Notes: generated by a model from the sequence alone, not told the origin. A stretch of 64,000 nt of DNA from an uncultured Gammaproteobacteria bacterium (GCA_964502815.1 CAZCXV010000003.1:4694-68693), one strand, 5' to 3'; shown: positions 38,684-48,774, counted from the first letter of the stretch. Made by a program: numbers and translations.

Positions 38684-41182
38684 ATGGAAATCCTACAAAT
38701 TACCAAAACAAATAGGAAACTAGCCAAAGGAAAATTAAAAAATGGCAATGGCCACTTAGATCCTAAAAAGGTTAATTGGGACGGGCTTGACTATGAACAA
38801 ATGATTTCTTTAGTAGGTAAACTAAGCGGACCAACACCCGCTCTTCCAGGGGATTTGCCTAAATATGACTGGACACCTCAAGCCTTGCGAGTACTGGCTG
38901 AAAGATATTTTTTGAAAGATGAAGACGGCAATATTTTAGAAGATACGGCTCAAATGTGTTGGCGCGTAGCTTGGGAACTAGCCAGAGCAGAAGTTAAATA
39001 CGGCAAAACTAGGGAAGAAATAGTTGCCTACGCCAAAGATTATTACAATCTAATGATCAAAAGGTGGTTTTTGCCAAATTCTCCAACCCTAATGAATGCT
39101 GGCAAAGGAAATGGTTTGCAATATAGTGCTTGCTATGTTCTTCCGGTGGAAGACTCTCTGCCTGGAATTTTTGACGGCATTAAATATCAGGCCATTGTCC
39201 ACCAAAGCGGTGGCGGAACGGGGTTTTCTTTTTCTAGACTTCGACCAGCAGGCGCCCGGGTCAAGTCGACAAGAGGAGTGGCTTCGGGGCCAGTTTCTTT
39301 TATGCGTATCTACAATGAAGCCACCCAACAAATAAAACAAGGGGGAATGAGGCGGGGAGCAAACATGGGAATATTGCGGGTAGACCATCCGGATGTTTTG
39401 GAATTTATCCATGCCAAGGATGATGGCGCAAGCGTCACAAACTTTAATATTTCGGTGACAGTGACAGACAAATTTATGGAAGCTCTGGCAAAAGGTGAGG
39501 ATTATGAACTTATTGCTCCGCATACTGGTGAAGTAACAGGCAAACTTTCTGCAAAAATGGTTTGGGATGAAATTGCCAAAGGGGCCTGGAAGACGGGAGA
39601 TCCGGGAGTAATCTTCATTGATAGAATAAATCAAGGACCAGGAAACCCAATCAGAAAAGAAGGTTGGCTGGTTGAAAGCACTAATCCTTGTGGTGAGCAA
39701 GAATTATATCCATTTGATGCATGTAACTTAGGAAGTATCTTCTTAACGTATTACGTAAAAGATGGGAAAGTAGATTGGGACAAACTAAAAGAAACCATCC
39801 ATATAGCAGTAAGGTTTTTAGACTCCGTTATTGAAATGAATCCTTTCCCTCTGTCGCAAATTGCCGACACTGTTAAAAAAATTAGAAGGATAGGTTTAGG
39901 TGTTGGCGGCTGGGCAGATATGTTGGTACAAATGGGAATTCCATATGATTCCGAAGAGGCATTAACCTTGGCTGGAAAAATTATGAAGTTTATTAATCAA
40001 GAAGGACACAAAGCAAGTCAGGATTTGGCCCGCGAAAGGGGTCCTTTCCCAATGTATAAAGATAGCATCTACAAAAACACTCCCATGAGAAACTGTACAG
40101 TTACCACAATTGCCCCAACTGGTTCAATAGGAATATTGGCAGGAGCATCGGGAGGGGTAGAACCAAAGTTTGCCATTGCCTATCAGCACATTGTTAAATC
40201 TGAAAATAGAACACTTACCTTTGTCGATGAACTTTTCGAGAGCATGGCCAAAGAAAAGGGGATTTGGAATGAAGATTTGAAGAAAAAGCTTGCAGAACAT
40301 GGAACAGTCCATGATATTGCTGAAGTTCCAGAGAATATAAAGCGGGTCTGGGTGACCGCCCATGAAATCCATCCTGATTGGCATGTAAAGATGCAAGCAG
40401 CGTTTCAAAAATACACCGATAATTCTGTAAGTAAAACTATTAATATGTCAAATAGCGCGACAGTTGAAGACATTCAAAAAGCCTATATGTTGGCTTGGGA
40501 GACTGGTTGTGATGGAATCACTGTTTTTAGAGATGGCTGCAAAAATGAGCAAGTGTTAAATGTTGGTACTAAAAGTGAAGAGTTGTCTACAGCAAAGAAA
40601 AAAGAAGAGGAAAAACTTCAGATGCTCACTGAACCAGTAAAAGAAAGGCCAATGAGGGTAACGGGGGCAACCTACAGGGTAGATACGCCAGTAGGTATTG
40701 CTTTCATTACTGTTAATGAAGATGAAAATGGCCATCCTTTGGAACTATTCGTAAACGTAGGAAAAGCAGGAAGCGATGTGACTGCTATGGCTGAAGCCTT
40801 GGGAAGAACTATTTCTACTTCACTTAGATTTAGAGGAGGACTTTCTGCAAAGGATAGAATTGAAGAAATTGCCAGACAGCTTGCAGGTATTGGGGGAAGA
40901 AGATCGGTAGGTTTTGGCCCTAATAGAATTCTCTCTCTTCCAGATGCTGTTGCCTATGCGCTCTCGGTTCATTTTGGATTCTTAATCAATGGTTGGAACA
41001 AGCAGTCAAAAAACCAACAATTGGCAATTGATGGCGTAAGTGTTTCAACCGACAAGGTAGTTACCTCAAGCGTAGCTCCTGCAAAAAAATTAGGAGACAT
41101 TTGTCCAAAATGTGGTGAGGCAGCCTTTATTTTTGAAGAAGGTTGCAAAAAATGCTACTCCTGTGGACATAGTGAATGCTAA
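38684..41182 (+). CDS. nrdJ: Class II adenosylcobalamin-dependent ribonucleotide reductase with C-terminal zinc ribbon
   Basis: NSPTLMNAGK...SACYVL and NPCGEQEL motifs. The C-terminus is CPKCG...CKKCYSCGH. Confidence 0.9.
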   Translation: MEILQITKTNRKLAKGKLKNGNGHLDPKKVNWDGLDYEQMISLVGKLSGPTPALPGDLPKYDWTPQALRVLAERYFLKDEDGNILEDTAQMCWRVAWELARAEVKYGKTREEIVAYAKDYYNLMIKRWFLPNSPTLMNAGKGNGLQYSACYVLPVEDSLPGIFDGIKYQAIVHQSGGGTGFSFSRLRPAGARVKSTRGVASGPVSFMRIYNEATQQIKQGGMRRGANMGILRVDHPDVLEFIHAKDDGASVTNFNISVTVTDKFMEALAKGEDYELIAPHTGEVTGKLSAKMVWDEIAKGAWKTGDPGVIFIDRINQGPGNPIRKEGWLVESTNPCGEQELYPFDACNLGSIFLTYYVKDGKVDWDKLKETIHIAVRFLDSVIEMNPFPLSQIADTVKKIRRIGLGVGGWADMLVQMGIPYDSEEALTLAGKIMKFINQEGHKASQDLARERGPFPMYKDSIYKNTPMRNCTVTTIAPTGSIGILAGASGGVEPKFAIAYQHIVKSENRTLTFVDELFESMAKEKGIWNEDLKKKLAEHGTVHDIAEVPENIKRVWVTAHEIHPDWHVKMQAAFQKYTDNSVSKTINMSNSATVEDIQKAYMLAWETGCDGITVFRDGCKNEQVLNVGTKSEELSTAKKKEEEKLQMLTEPVKERPMRVTGATYRVDTPVGIAFITVNEDENGHPLELFVNVGKAGSDVTAMAEALGRTISTSLRFRGGLSAKDRIEEIARQLAGIGGRRSVGFGPNRILSLPDAVAYALSVHFGFLINGWNKQSKNQQLAIDGVSVSTDKVVTSSVAPAKKLGDICPKCGEAAFIFEEGCKKCYSCGHSEC

Positions 41183-42018
41183 CCTTTGATTAGTTTTTTA
41201 TCTTCAGGCTCTTTCAAATAGTTATGGCTGGTTGAAACTTTTTTGCCGCTTTTTACTTCGAGCTCTCGTCTAGCGTTTCCGGCAACATCTCCACCTTCTT
41301 TGGCTGCTTTTTTGTTTTCAACAAAACCTTGCACATCTTTGCCTTTGGCAATTTCAGTAGTTGAAGCTTCTCCAAGCATGGAAAAGATTAGTTCGAGTTC
41401 ATTCATGTGATCTCTCAAGTTTTGCCTTTTTAAACCTTTAAAACCTTTGTATTCACTTGGAGTCATGCCGAAAGTTGCATTTGATATCTCTGCAGTAAGG
41501 ATGGCGTATTCCTTCTCTCCTCCGACGTCTCTATTTTTCCATTCTCCAGTTAGTGTTTCTCTAACTTGTATTCCTCGTAATCTTTTGTCAATCCAAGAAT
41601 CAGAATAGCCTTTGGCTTTGTAGAGAGCCCACATTCTTTTTGATGCCAGTTCAGGATCTTCAATTTCCTGTACTCTTTCATAGCCTACTTTAGCCAGCCA
41701 TCTTTTAAATGGTTCTGCTTTTGGAGAGGGAATTGATTGGATTATTCTAAAGATGTTCTCTGTATTAGCACAATTTACTTTTTGAATTCCACCTGGAGTT
41801 AATATTGAAAGGGGGGTGGCAATTTGCCTCCACCCTTTAGAAAGTTGTTCATCTCGTCTACGCATATCCTTAATATAACCTTCAGGTTGTATTGAATCTG
41901 TAAGTGCTAAAACAACATCTGCAATTACAAACCACCATTCGTTGTTATGAATTATTTTTCTAATTTCTTTATCTCTAAAAATTGCTAATTTTGTCTGCAT
42001 TTCTAAATCTTCATTCAT
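41179..42018 (-). CDS. Bro-N / DinD-like family protein (paralog 2)
   Basis: FRIIQSIPSPKAEPFKRWLAKVGYERVQE aligns with the 11066..11905 protein. The 4-nt overlap with the nrdJ stop shows a tight insertion. Confidence 0.65.
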   Translation of the reverse strand: MNEDLEMQTKLAIFRDKEIRKIIHNNEWWFVIADVVLALTDSIQPEGYIKDMRRRDEQLSKGWRQIATPLSILTPGGIQKVNCANTENIFRIIQSIPSPKAEPFKRWLAKVGYERVQEIEDPELASKRMWALYKAKGYSDSWIDKRLRGIQVRETLTGEWKNRDVGGEKEYAILTAEISNATFGMTPSEYKGFKGLKRQNLRDHMNELELIFSMLGEASTTEIAKGKDVQGFVENKKAAKEGGDVAGNARRELEVKSGKKVSTSHNYLKEPEDKKLIKG

Positions 42019-42040
42019 ATTATTCTATCTATACTAGATT

Positions 42041-42652
42041 ATGAAAAGTACATTGTCAAAAAGTGGGGATGTCCGTTTTTATGATATATTTCCTTTAGTG
42101 TCAGTATATACAAAAACAGGTGACAAAGGAGAGACTGGACTTGTAAGTTCGGATCCTAAAAAACCCGTTAGGGTCTTAAAGTCGTCTGAAAAGATAGAGG
42201 TAATAGGAACAATCGATGAACTAAATAGTTTTCTTGGAATTGTTGTAAGTAACTTAGAAGACAAGAAATTGCATACAATTTTAAAAGAAATCCAAAGAAA
42301 TTTATTTACTATTGGAGCAATTATTGCAGGGTCTAAATTAAAGTTTTTGGCAAGTAAAACAAAAAAACTCGAAAAACAAATAGATGAATGGGAAAGAAGT
42401 CTCCCGATTCTCAACAATTTTATTTTATCAGGAGGGTCAAAAGAGGGAGCCTTAGTTTTTTACGCTAGAGCACTTACTCGAAAATCAGAAAGAAGACTGG
42501 TTTTACTTTCTAAAACCGAAAAAGTGAATCCAGAAGTTCTTAAGTATTTTAATAGATTATCTGATTATTTATTTGTTTTGGTAAGATTTATAAACAGTTC
42601 GAAAAAGACTGCTGAAGATATTTGGAAGCCTCTCAAATCCTCTAAAAGATGA
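42041..42652 (+). CDS. ATP:cob(I)alamin adenosyltransferase, PduO/MMAB type
   Basis: VYTKTGDKGETGL matches the YTRTGDKGTT signature. The protein is about 200 aa. Confidence 0.8.
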   Translation: MKSTLSKSGDVRFYDIFPLVSVYTKTGDKGETGLVSSDPKKPVRVLKSSEKIEVIGTIDELNSFLGIVVSNLEDKKLHTILKEIQRNLFTIGAIIAGSKLKFLASKTKKLEKQIDEWERSLPILNNFILSGGSKEGALVFYARALTRKSERRLVLLSKTEKVNPEVLKYFNRLSDYLFVLVRFINSSKKTAEDIWKPLKSSKR

Positions 42653-42665
42653 TACAATCTTAGGT

Positions 42666-43013
42666 ATGTTCTCTGAGAGAGAAAAGAAGCCAAGTGTGCC
42701 TGAAGGAGTTAGAGAAGTGCCTCAAGATTTATCTTTACCTGAAAATATCGAGGCTAAAGATAATGGCATTCAATCTGTCCCTTCTCAGTTTTCTGCGCAA
42801 GTAATGGATGGAGGTCAACCTTTAATTCAAACATCTCAAAATCAAACTGTAACTATAACTCTGCCTGCAGATCCGCAAACCATTGCCGACAATGCTAAAA
42901 AAGGCAATATAGTTGATGCGGCAACCTGGTTTTTTGCCTTTTGGGCGAGAGCTTTTAAAAAGGCAATACATTTTGGTTGGCAAATTATAGCTAAACCGGA
43001 AACCGGAAATTAA
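42666..43013 (+). CDS. Hypothetical small protein
   Basis: No motif. It sits in the same operon-like string as the ATPase. Confidence 0.3.
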   Translation: MFSEREKKPSVPEGVREVPQDLSLPENIEAKDNGIQSVPSQFSAQVMDGGQPLIQTSQNQTVTITLPADPQTIADNAKKGNIVDAATWFFAFWARAFKKAIHFGWQIIAKPETGN

Positions 43014-43019
43014 AAAAAT

Positions 43020-45365
43020 ATGTATCAGGAAAGTACAGACGTTAATTTTTCAGCAATATTAATTGGCCTAATATTATTGGGTTTTTTGGTAGTTGCAATT
43101 GCCCTTTTGGGCTATGTTGCCTATATCTTTTATAAAAACAGAAAAAGGGAAGACCGGTCAATTGATTCAGTACTTCTACAGGTTGCAGTTCAGCGGTCTA
43201 ATGAAATAAAGATTGATGCCATGGAACAAATCTTTGCCGTTGTTTCTTCCCTGAAAAAAAGTGGTTGGAAACAAAAGTTTGATATCCAGCCAACAGTATC
43301 GTTTGAACTGGTGGCCCAGAAAGAAGACATTAGGTTTTTTGTCTGGATACCCAAAAAGTTTCAGGACCTGATTGAAAAAACAATTCACGGCGCTTATCCG
43401 GACGCCGAAATATTGGAAATTCCGGAATATAATATCTTTACCGAAGAAGGGAAAGTTGCCTACAAATCTCTGCAATTAAAGAAAGACAACTTCTATCCAA
43501 TCAGAGTTTACAAAGATATGCCGATTGATCCAATGAGCGCCATTACTTCAGCTTTGGCCAAAATGGGTGAGGGAGAAGCTGCTAGTATTCAATTTATTCT
43601 CTCTCCGACCCAAATTTCTTGGCAGAAAGCAGGTAAGGATTTTATTTCTTCGACTAAAAAGAGTGAATCGGATCCCGAAAAAGCCAAATTTTCAACTCCC
43701 GCGAAAACTTTAGAATCAGTTGAGCAAAAAATATCAAAACCCGGTTTTGAAGTTTCCATTAGAATGGTTGTAGTAGCAGGAAGTGAAGATGTTGCTAAAG
43801 CCCATTTAACCAATATCTCTGCCTCTTTTGAACAGTTTAATGGTGACTTAAACGGTTTTGGAGGAAGAACAGTTAAAAATAAAGGGGCTTTTATTGAAGA
43901 CTTTCTCTATAGGTATCAGCCAATGTTTAATTTCCAAAAAAATCACCCATCAGTTTTAAATATTGAAGAGTTGGCAACTGTTTTTCATTTTCCAAACAAA
44001 CAAATTTCCACCCCACACATTTTTTGGCTTAACGCCAAGAGTGCCCCTGCCCCGGCTGAAATCCCCAACGAAGGCCTATATTTGGGAATGAGTGACTTTA
44101 GGGGGATTCGAAGGCCAGTTTATATTACCGATGAAGATAGATTGAGGCATATGTATATCATTGGAAAAACAGGTGTTGGCAAAAGTGAACTTTTAACCGA
44201 CATGATGATGCAGGATATCAAAGCCGGCAAGGGAATTTGTTTTATCGATCCTCACGGCGATGCTGCCGAAAAACTCTTGGAACTGATTCCTCCCCAAAGA
44301 GCCGAAGATGTGATTTATTTTGATCCAGGAGACAGTGACAGGCCAATGGGAATAAATCTATTGGAAGCAAAAACTGAAGATCAAAAGCATTTTGTGGCAA
44401 CATCAATCATTAATCTGATGTATAAGCTTTTTGACCCTTATAAGACTGGCATTGTCGGTCCGCGTTTTGAGCATGGAGTTAGAAATGCAATTCTAACGGC
44501 TCTTGCAGTTCCTGGGAGTACTTTTATTGAAGTTATGAAACTACTGCAAAACCCTGGAGGGCCATATTTGCAAAGATATCTGGATGCTTTGGACGACCAG
44601 ATGGTTAGAGAATATTGGACAGAGCAGATTGCCCATACGTCAGAATTTCACAAGTCAGAAACGCTTGACTATACAGTTTCCAAGTTTGGCCGATTTGTGA
44701 CCAATAAAATGATTAGAAATATTATCGGCCAAACCCAATCGGCATTTAATTTTAGAGAGGTTATGGACAATCAAAAAATCTTAATTGTTAATTTGGCTAA
44801 AGGAAAATTGGGTGAGGAAAACTCCAACTTTCTAGGCCTAATATTAATTCCAAGAATCTTGATGGCAGCCCTTAGTAGGCAAGATACCCCAGAAAACGAA
44901 AGAAAAGATTTTTATTTATATGTTGATGAGTTCCAGAATTTTGCCACTCCAGATTTTGCCGTTATTCTTTCAGAAGCCAGAAAATATCATTTGGGCTTAA
45001 TTGTAGCCAATCAGTTTATAGGGCAAGTTGAAGAGGAAGTAAAAAATGCCATTTTTGGCAATGTGGGAACAAAAATGTCTTTTAGAATTGGCGTCTCTGA
45101 TGCAAGCTACATGGCCCATGAATTTGCCCCAACTTTTGCTGAGGATGATCTATTAAATATTGATAAATATCATGTTTATATTAATACCATTGTTAAAAAT
45201 GAACCCGTGCCATCTTTTTCGATGGATGTTACCAAAGATATGGAAGCTGAAAAAAAGCTTAGAAACCCTAGGGTGGGAGAAATAATTAAAGAAATGAGCC
45301 GGCTTAAATATGGCAAAGATGTCAGACTAGTGGACGCTGAAATCTCCAGAAGAAGTGGCTATTAA
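43020..45365 (+). CDS. Membrane-anchored FtsK/HerA/VirD4 (TraG/TraD)-superfamily P-loop ATPase
   Basis: N-terminal TM helix with KNRKRE on the inside. Walker A is IIGKTGVGKSE, with a Walker B-like FYLYVDEFQNF. ARKYHLGLIVANQFIGQ is an arginine-finger/sensor block typical of this superfamily. Confidence 0.55.
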   Translation: MYQESTDVNFSAILIGLILLGFLVVAIALLGYVAYIFYKNRKREDRSIDSVLLQVAVQRSNEIKIDAMEQIFAVVSSLKKSGWKQKFDIQPTVSFELVAQKEDIRFFVWIPKKFQDLIEKTIHGAYPDAEILEIPEYNIFTEEGKVAYKSLQLKKDNFYPIRVYKDMPIDPMSAITSALAKMGEGEAASIQFILSPTQISWQKAGKDFISSTKKSESDPEKAKFSTPAKTLESVEQKISKPGFEVSIRMVVVAGSEDVAKAHLTNISASFEQFNGDLNGFGGRTVKNKGAFIEDFLYRYQPMFNFQKNHPSVLNIEELATVFHFPNKQISTPHIFWLNAKSAPAPAEIPNEGLYLGMSDFRGIRRPVYITDEDRLRHMYIIGKTGVGKSELLTDMMMQDIKAGKGICFIDPHGDAAEKLLELIPPQRAEDVIYFDPGDSDRPMGINLLEAKTEDQKHFVATSIINLMYKLFDPYKTGIVGPRFEHGVRNAILTALAVPGSTFIEVMKLLQNPGGPYLQRYLDALDDQMVREYWTEQIAHTSEFHKSETLDYTVSKFGRFVTNKMIRNIIGQTQSAFNFREVMDNQKILIVNLAKGKLGEENSNFLGLILIPRILMAALSRQDTPENERKDFYLYVDEFQNFATPDFAVILSEARKYHLGLIVANQFIGQVEEEVKNAIFGNVGTKMSFRIGVSDASYMAHEFAPTFAEDDLLNIDKYHVYINTIVKNEPVPSFSMDVTKDMEAEKKLRNPRVGEIIKEMSRLKYGKDVRLVDAEISRRSGY

Positions 45366-48300
45366 AAATATGACAGAACAAACTGCCCCAAAGGAAGAAA
45401 CTGCATTTATTAGCGATAATTTAAATAACTTTAATCGGCTAGCACAAACTTATACGTCCTTGCGGGATGTTGAGAAGGTCGACGGAGATCAAGTAAATGA
45501 AGTGTTGAGTGGACATCGTCGCCTTAAATATTACTTAGAAGCTGCGGATTTAGTTGACGGTGAAGGCAATATAGGAAAGAAATTATTTTTACCAATCGGT
45601 CAAAGTAGACATTTAGATGATGTTTTATGGGAAATAAAACATCCTTTATTAGAAAGAATTGACAGAGAGCTATATATGTTTGATGAAGAGGAAACCTTTG
45701 TTAATTCTTACGAACAAGCACTTGAAGAATACAAAACAGTAAGAACAATTAGGGTATATATTGAAGAAAACGCCAGGGATTCAGAACAAAAACGCCAAAT
45801 TTTAGCAAGTTTAGATGTGGCCGAGCGGGTTACTCAACTTGCAACTGTTGAGAAACTCCTTAATTGTGCCGACAAAGCCTTTATGCTTGATGCTGTTGCG
45901 AATTCTGATGTGCCATTGGTTGACAGGGAACTTGATATGTCAAAATGGGATGATCTTACTCAAGAAGAGAAACATGCTGGTGGCCTTTTAGTAAATTTGT
46001 ATACCATTGCAACTCTCAAAGCCGGAGTCAATATTAGACAAGCTTATGAAAATGCAACCCATCAACTGAAACAAGATGAACAAAAAGCAGCTGGTGTATT
46101 GGAGGAAAAACCTTTGGGTGATTATGAATTATATAAAGATTCTCAAGAAATTTTACCGAGACACTTTCATCAAAGACACCATAGAGATGAAGATGAAGAG
46201 TTTGAACATGGGTATGTAAGAAAAATTGCACATGATTATGAGTTTAATCAACAAGCGGTAGATTATGAATTTAAACATATTGCAATGGCCATTAGTGAAG
46301 GATTAGTGTCTTTAGATCCAACTGTTGGTGAGGTACAAAGGTTATATGATTTAGTTTTGCCTTATCTGTTTAGCGAAAACAGTTGGTATATCTCTATAAA
46401 TGCCTTAAGTACAATGCGCGATCCACGAGCCCTCTTTGTACTTTTAGACCAATTGCAACAAAGCCAGGAGTTAATGGGCGGCGAAAAACATGCAGAAGCG
46501 ATCGTCAATATAGCGAATAATCCTTTGTCTCCCAAGATTATGGATCAATATCTACAAACAGCCTCCGATGAGCAAAAATTTGCAGTAGAAATGGCTAACA
46601 ATCCGTTAGTTAGACAAATAGTTATGAAAGATAATTCCTCATCCCCCAATAGACTTTGGAATAGAAATGTCAGAGTTTTACCTGAACTACTTTTAGGTTC
46701 ACCAAAAAGGTTGGCAAATTTGAAGTTTATAGAAATTTATATAGATTATGCAAAACAAAAAGGCATCTCAGTTGATAAAAATGAATACTCAGATATGTTG
46801 AATACGCTAAATATGTATTCTGGAGAAGCGGCAATTAAGTTGTTTACAGCTAACCTAGATGAAATAGTACCTCTTTTAGCAAAGAAAGCTCATGAAATTG
46901 GCTTTGCCGATTGGGAAAACAATATGCCTGAGTTGTATAAAGCAGTTGTTGGATATAAGGATGGCACCGGTTTTGTTCTTGAATTAGCCCTGGCAATTGG
47001 TATTAGTACTGAGGCAGTTTCTAAATTAGAAGCACTATATCTATCAAAAGATTTAAGAGGGGGTGAACACTCCAAAAAAGAAATACTAAATGGCATAATT
47101 GTTTTTTTAGGTAAAAATGGTTCAAGTGAAACACTCGAAACAATTGTCTCAAAAATAAGTGGAACTAAAGAAGACCCAAAAAGAGTGAGAAGAATATTTA
47201 GAATGTTAACAACCTTAAATGATCTAGGTAGACTTGACTTATCTCACAGTGAAATGTTTGACGGAGGTTCTTTGGATGAAATTGCCAACACTATTCAAAA
47301 TAAATTGGCTGAGGTTGTTAAAGAGAAACTAAATTTAACTACTGAAAGCATTTCTCCAGAAAGATGGGATAAACTCTTTAGTGAGGGGTCTTTGGACATG
47401 GTCATGTCCTTATATGCTCAATATACTGAAAAAAGCAAAGACTCTGCTGCCTCACTAATTCTTGAAATTGGTAAACATATTGTTATCGGGGATTTTGCCG
47501 AGTGGAGAAATACTAATCCATTTTCAAAAGAAATTTTAGAATATTATCTACCTAACCCCAATCAGCAAATTGCCTGGCTTACTCCAATAGAACCTATTAA
47601 AAGATTATTCAAATTAAGTAGGGAAGAACAAATATTGGGTGTGGTTGGAGAAATTAACAGAATTGCAAGTGAAGCTAAATCTCATGCTGAAAAAATATTA
47701 AATGTTGGAGAAAAACCACTGAACTTTTTTTCAGAAGAAAATTTAACTCAGCTTGAAAAAAGAAGACAAATTGTAGAAACCCAAATTAAAAATTTTGAGG
47801 AGGGTGGAGGAATTTCCCTTAAAAACTTAAGACGAACGAAGGATCAATTAGACGACCAGTTACGAATTATAAATGGAATTCAGTATTTGTTGAATTTGTC
47901 AATTGAAGACTTTAATCAAGGCGGGATAAGAGATACGCTTAAGAAAACAATTAGTACCTTGATTCGAATGCAAAATCTACAACAATCTGCTGCTGATCTT
48001 CAGCAGATTGAAAAAACAATCTTGCCTACATTAAATAAAATTGTTACCGAAGTAGAAGTTACTGGCCAAGATACTGATGACTATATGTCTCTTTTTAAAG
48101 CTGGTATGGAGCCCAGAGAGACATGTCAGAGTGTCCGAAATGGTTCACATAATTATTGTCTACCAACAACTATTGCCACGCCAGATATTAGATTGGATAA
48201 TTCTAGAATTGGTTCTGTTGTAGAAAACAGAGCCTTATCAAAATTGAAAAAGATGAGTACAGAGTTAGTCTCAGACCAAACTGTTATTATGTTGGAACCA

Positions 48301-48636
48301 CCTTATGGTTTGTCAGAAACTCATCCAGGATATGTGGTTACTTTAGAAATTGCAATTAAAAAAGCTGAAAACGTAGGAGTACCGTTAGTTATTGCTCAAC
48401 CCATTGATATGGCTACTGGTGCTGATCACGCTACAACTATCTCACTTCTTGATATGGTTGCAAGAAACAATGGTGCTCGCGTAACTAGAGTAGGGAATGT
48501 AAACTTACATGGTAAAAAAGGCATTGGAGAATATGAATATAGTGATACTTTGGGTGAAACCATTGACTTTGATGTGCCAGTGGCAATGGAGGAAGTATAT
48601 GTTGTCTATCCACAAAACGTAGCCATGGTATTCTAA
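45355..48636 (+). CDS. Large (1093 aa) cytoplasmic hypothetical protein, translationally coupled to the ATPase
   Basis: The start overlaps the ATPase stop by 11 nt. There is no TM helix and no catalytic motif. Internal repeats (ANNPLSPKIM / ANNPLVRQIVM) suggest an alpha-solenoid. Confidence 0.5.
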   Translation: MAIKNMTEQTAPKEETAFISDNLNNFNRLAQTYTSLRDVEKVDGDQVNEVLSGHRRLKYYLEAADLVDGEGNIGKKLFLPIGQSRHLDDVLWEIKHPLLERIDRELYMFDEEETFVNSYEQALEEYKTVRTIRVYIEENARDSEQKRQILASLDVAERVTQLATVEKLLNCADKAFMLDAVANSDVPLVDRELDMSKWDDLTQEEKHAGGLLVNLYTIATLKAGVNIRQAYENATHQLKQDEQKAAGVLEEKPLGDYELYKDSQEILPRHFHQRHHRDEDEEFEHGYVRKIAHDYEFNQQAVDYEFKHIAMAISEGLVSLDPTVGEVQRLYDLVLPYLFSENSWYISINALSTMRDPRALFVLLDQLQQSQELMGGEKHAEAIVNIANNPLSPKIMDQYLQTASDEQKFAVEMANNPLVRQIVMKDNSSSPNRLWNRNVRVLPELLLGSPKRLANLKFIEIYIDYAKQKGISVDKNEYSDMLNTLNMYSGEAAIKLFTANLDEIVPLLAKKAHEIGFADWENNMPELYKAVVGYKDGTGFVLELALAIGISTEAVSKLEALYLSKDLRGGEHSKKEILNGIIVFLGKNGSSETLETIVSKISGTKEDPKRVRRIFRMLTTLNDLGRLDLSHSEMFDGGSLDEIANTIQNKLAEVVKEKLNLTTESISPERWDKLFSEGSLDMVMSLYAQYTEKSKDSAASLILEIGKHIVIGDFAEWRNTNPFSKEILEYYLPNPNQQIAWLTPIEPIKRLFKLSREEQILGVVGEINRIASEAKSHAEKILNVGEKPLNFFSEENLTQLEKRRQIVETQIKNFEEGGGISLKNLRRTKDQLDDQLRIINGIQYLLNLSIEDFNQGGIRDTLKKTISTLIRMQNLQQSAADLQQIEKTILPTLNKIVTEVEVTGQDTDDYMSLFKAGMEPRETCQSVRNGSHNYCLPTTIATPDIRLDNSRIGSVVENRALSKLKKMSTELVSDQTVIMLEPPYGLSETHPGYVVTLEIAIKKAENVGVPLVIAQPIDMATGADHATTISLLDMVARNNGARVTRVGNVNLHGKKGIGEYEYSDTLGETIDFDVPVAMEEVYVVYPQNVAMVF

Positions 48637-48680
48637 ATTACTTTTTTTATCAAATCTCCAGAGAAAAACAAAAGTGAGTT

Positions 48681-48689
48681 TGCTATAAT
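48681..48689 (+). promoter_or_regulatory. Extended -10 (TGcTATAAT) upstream of the UAU tRNA
   Basis: TGnTATAAT lies 13 nt upstream of the tRNA 5' end. The same tttgctataat string occurs upstream of tRNA-Asn on the minus strand (5863..5873). Confidence 0.4.
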
Positions 48690-48702
48690 AGCTTCAGAAC
48701 TT

Positions 48703-48774
48703 GGGCCTGTCGTTCAACGGTTAGGACGGGTCTCTTATAAAGACCAAACGATAGTTCGACTCTATCCAGGCCCA
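48703..48774 (+). tRNA. tRNA with anticodon UAU (nominally Ile, reading AUA)
   Basis: Manual cloverleaf: acceptor GGGCCTG/CAGGCCC, D-stem GTTC/GGAC, anticodon stem GGTCT/AGACC, loop CTTATAA, T-arm GATAG-TTCGACT-CTATC, 4-nt variable loop. Confidence 0.7.

Noticed and set aside
42035-42062. ACATTGTCAAAAAGTGGGG resembling the CTTTGTCCATCAAGTGGG motif found near DinD-like genes
   Set aside because: It lies inside the pduO start codon region, with only partial similarity. It is likely coincidental.
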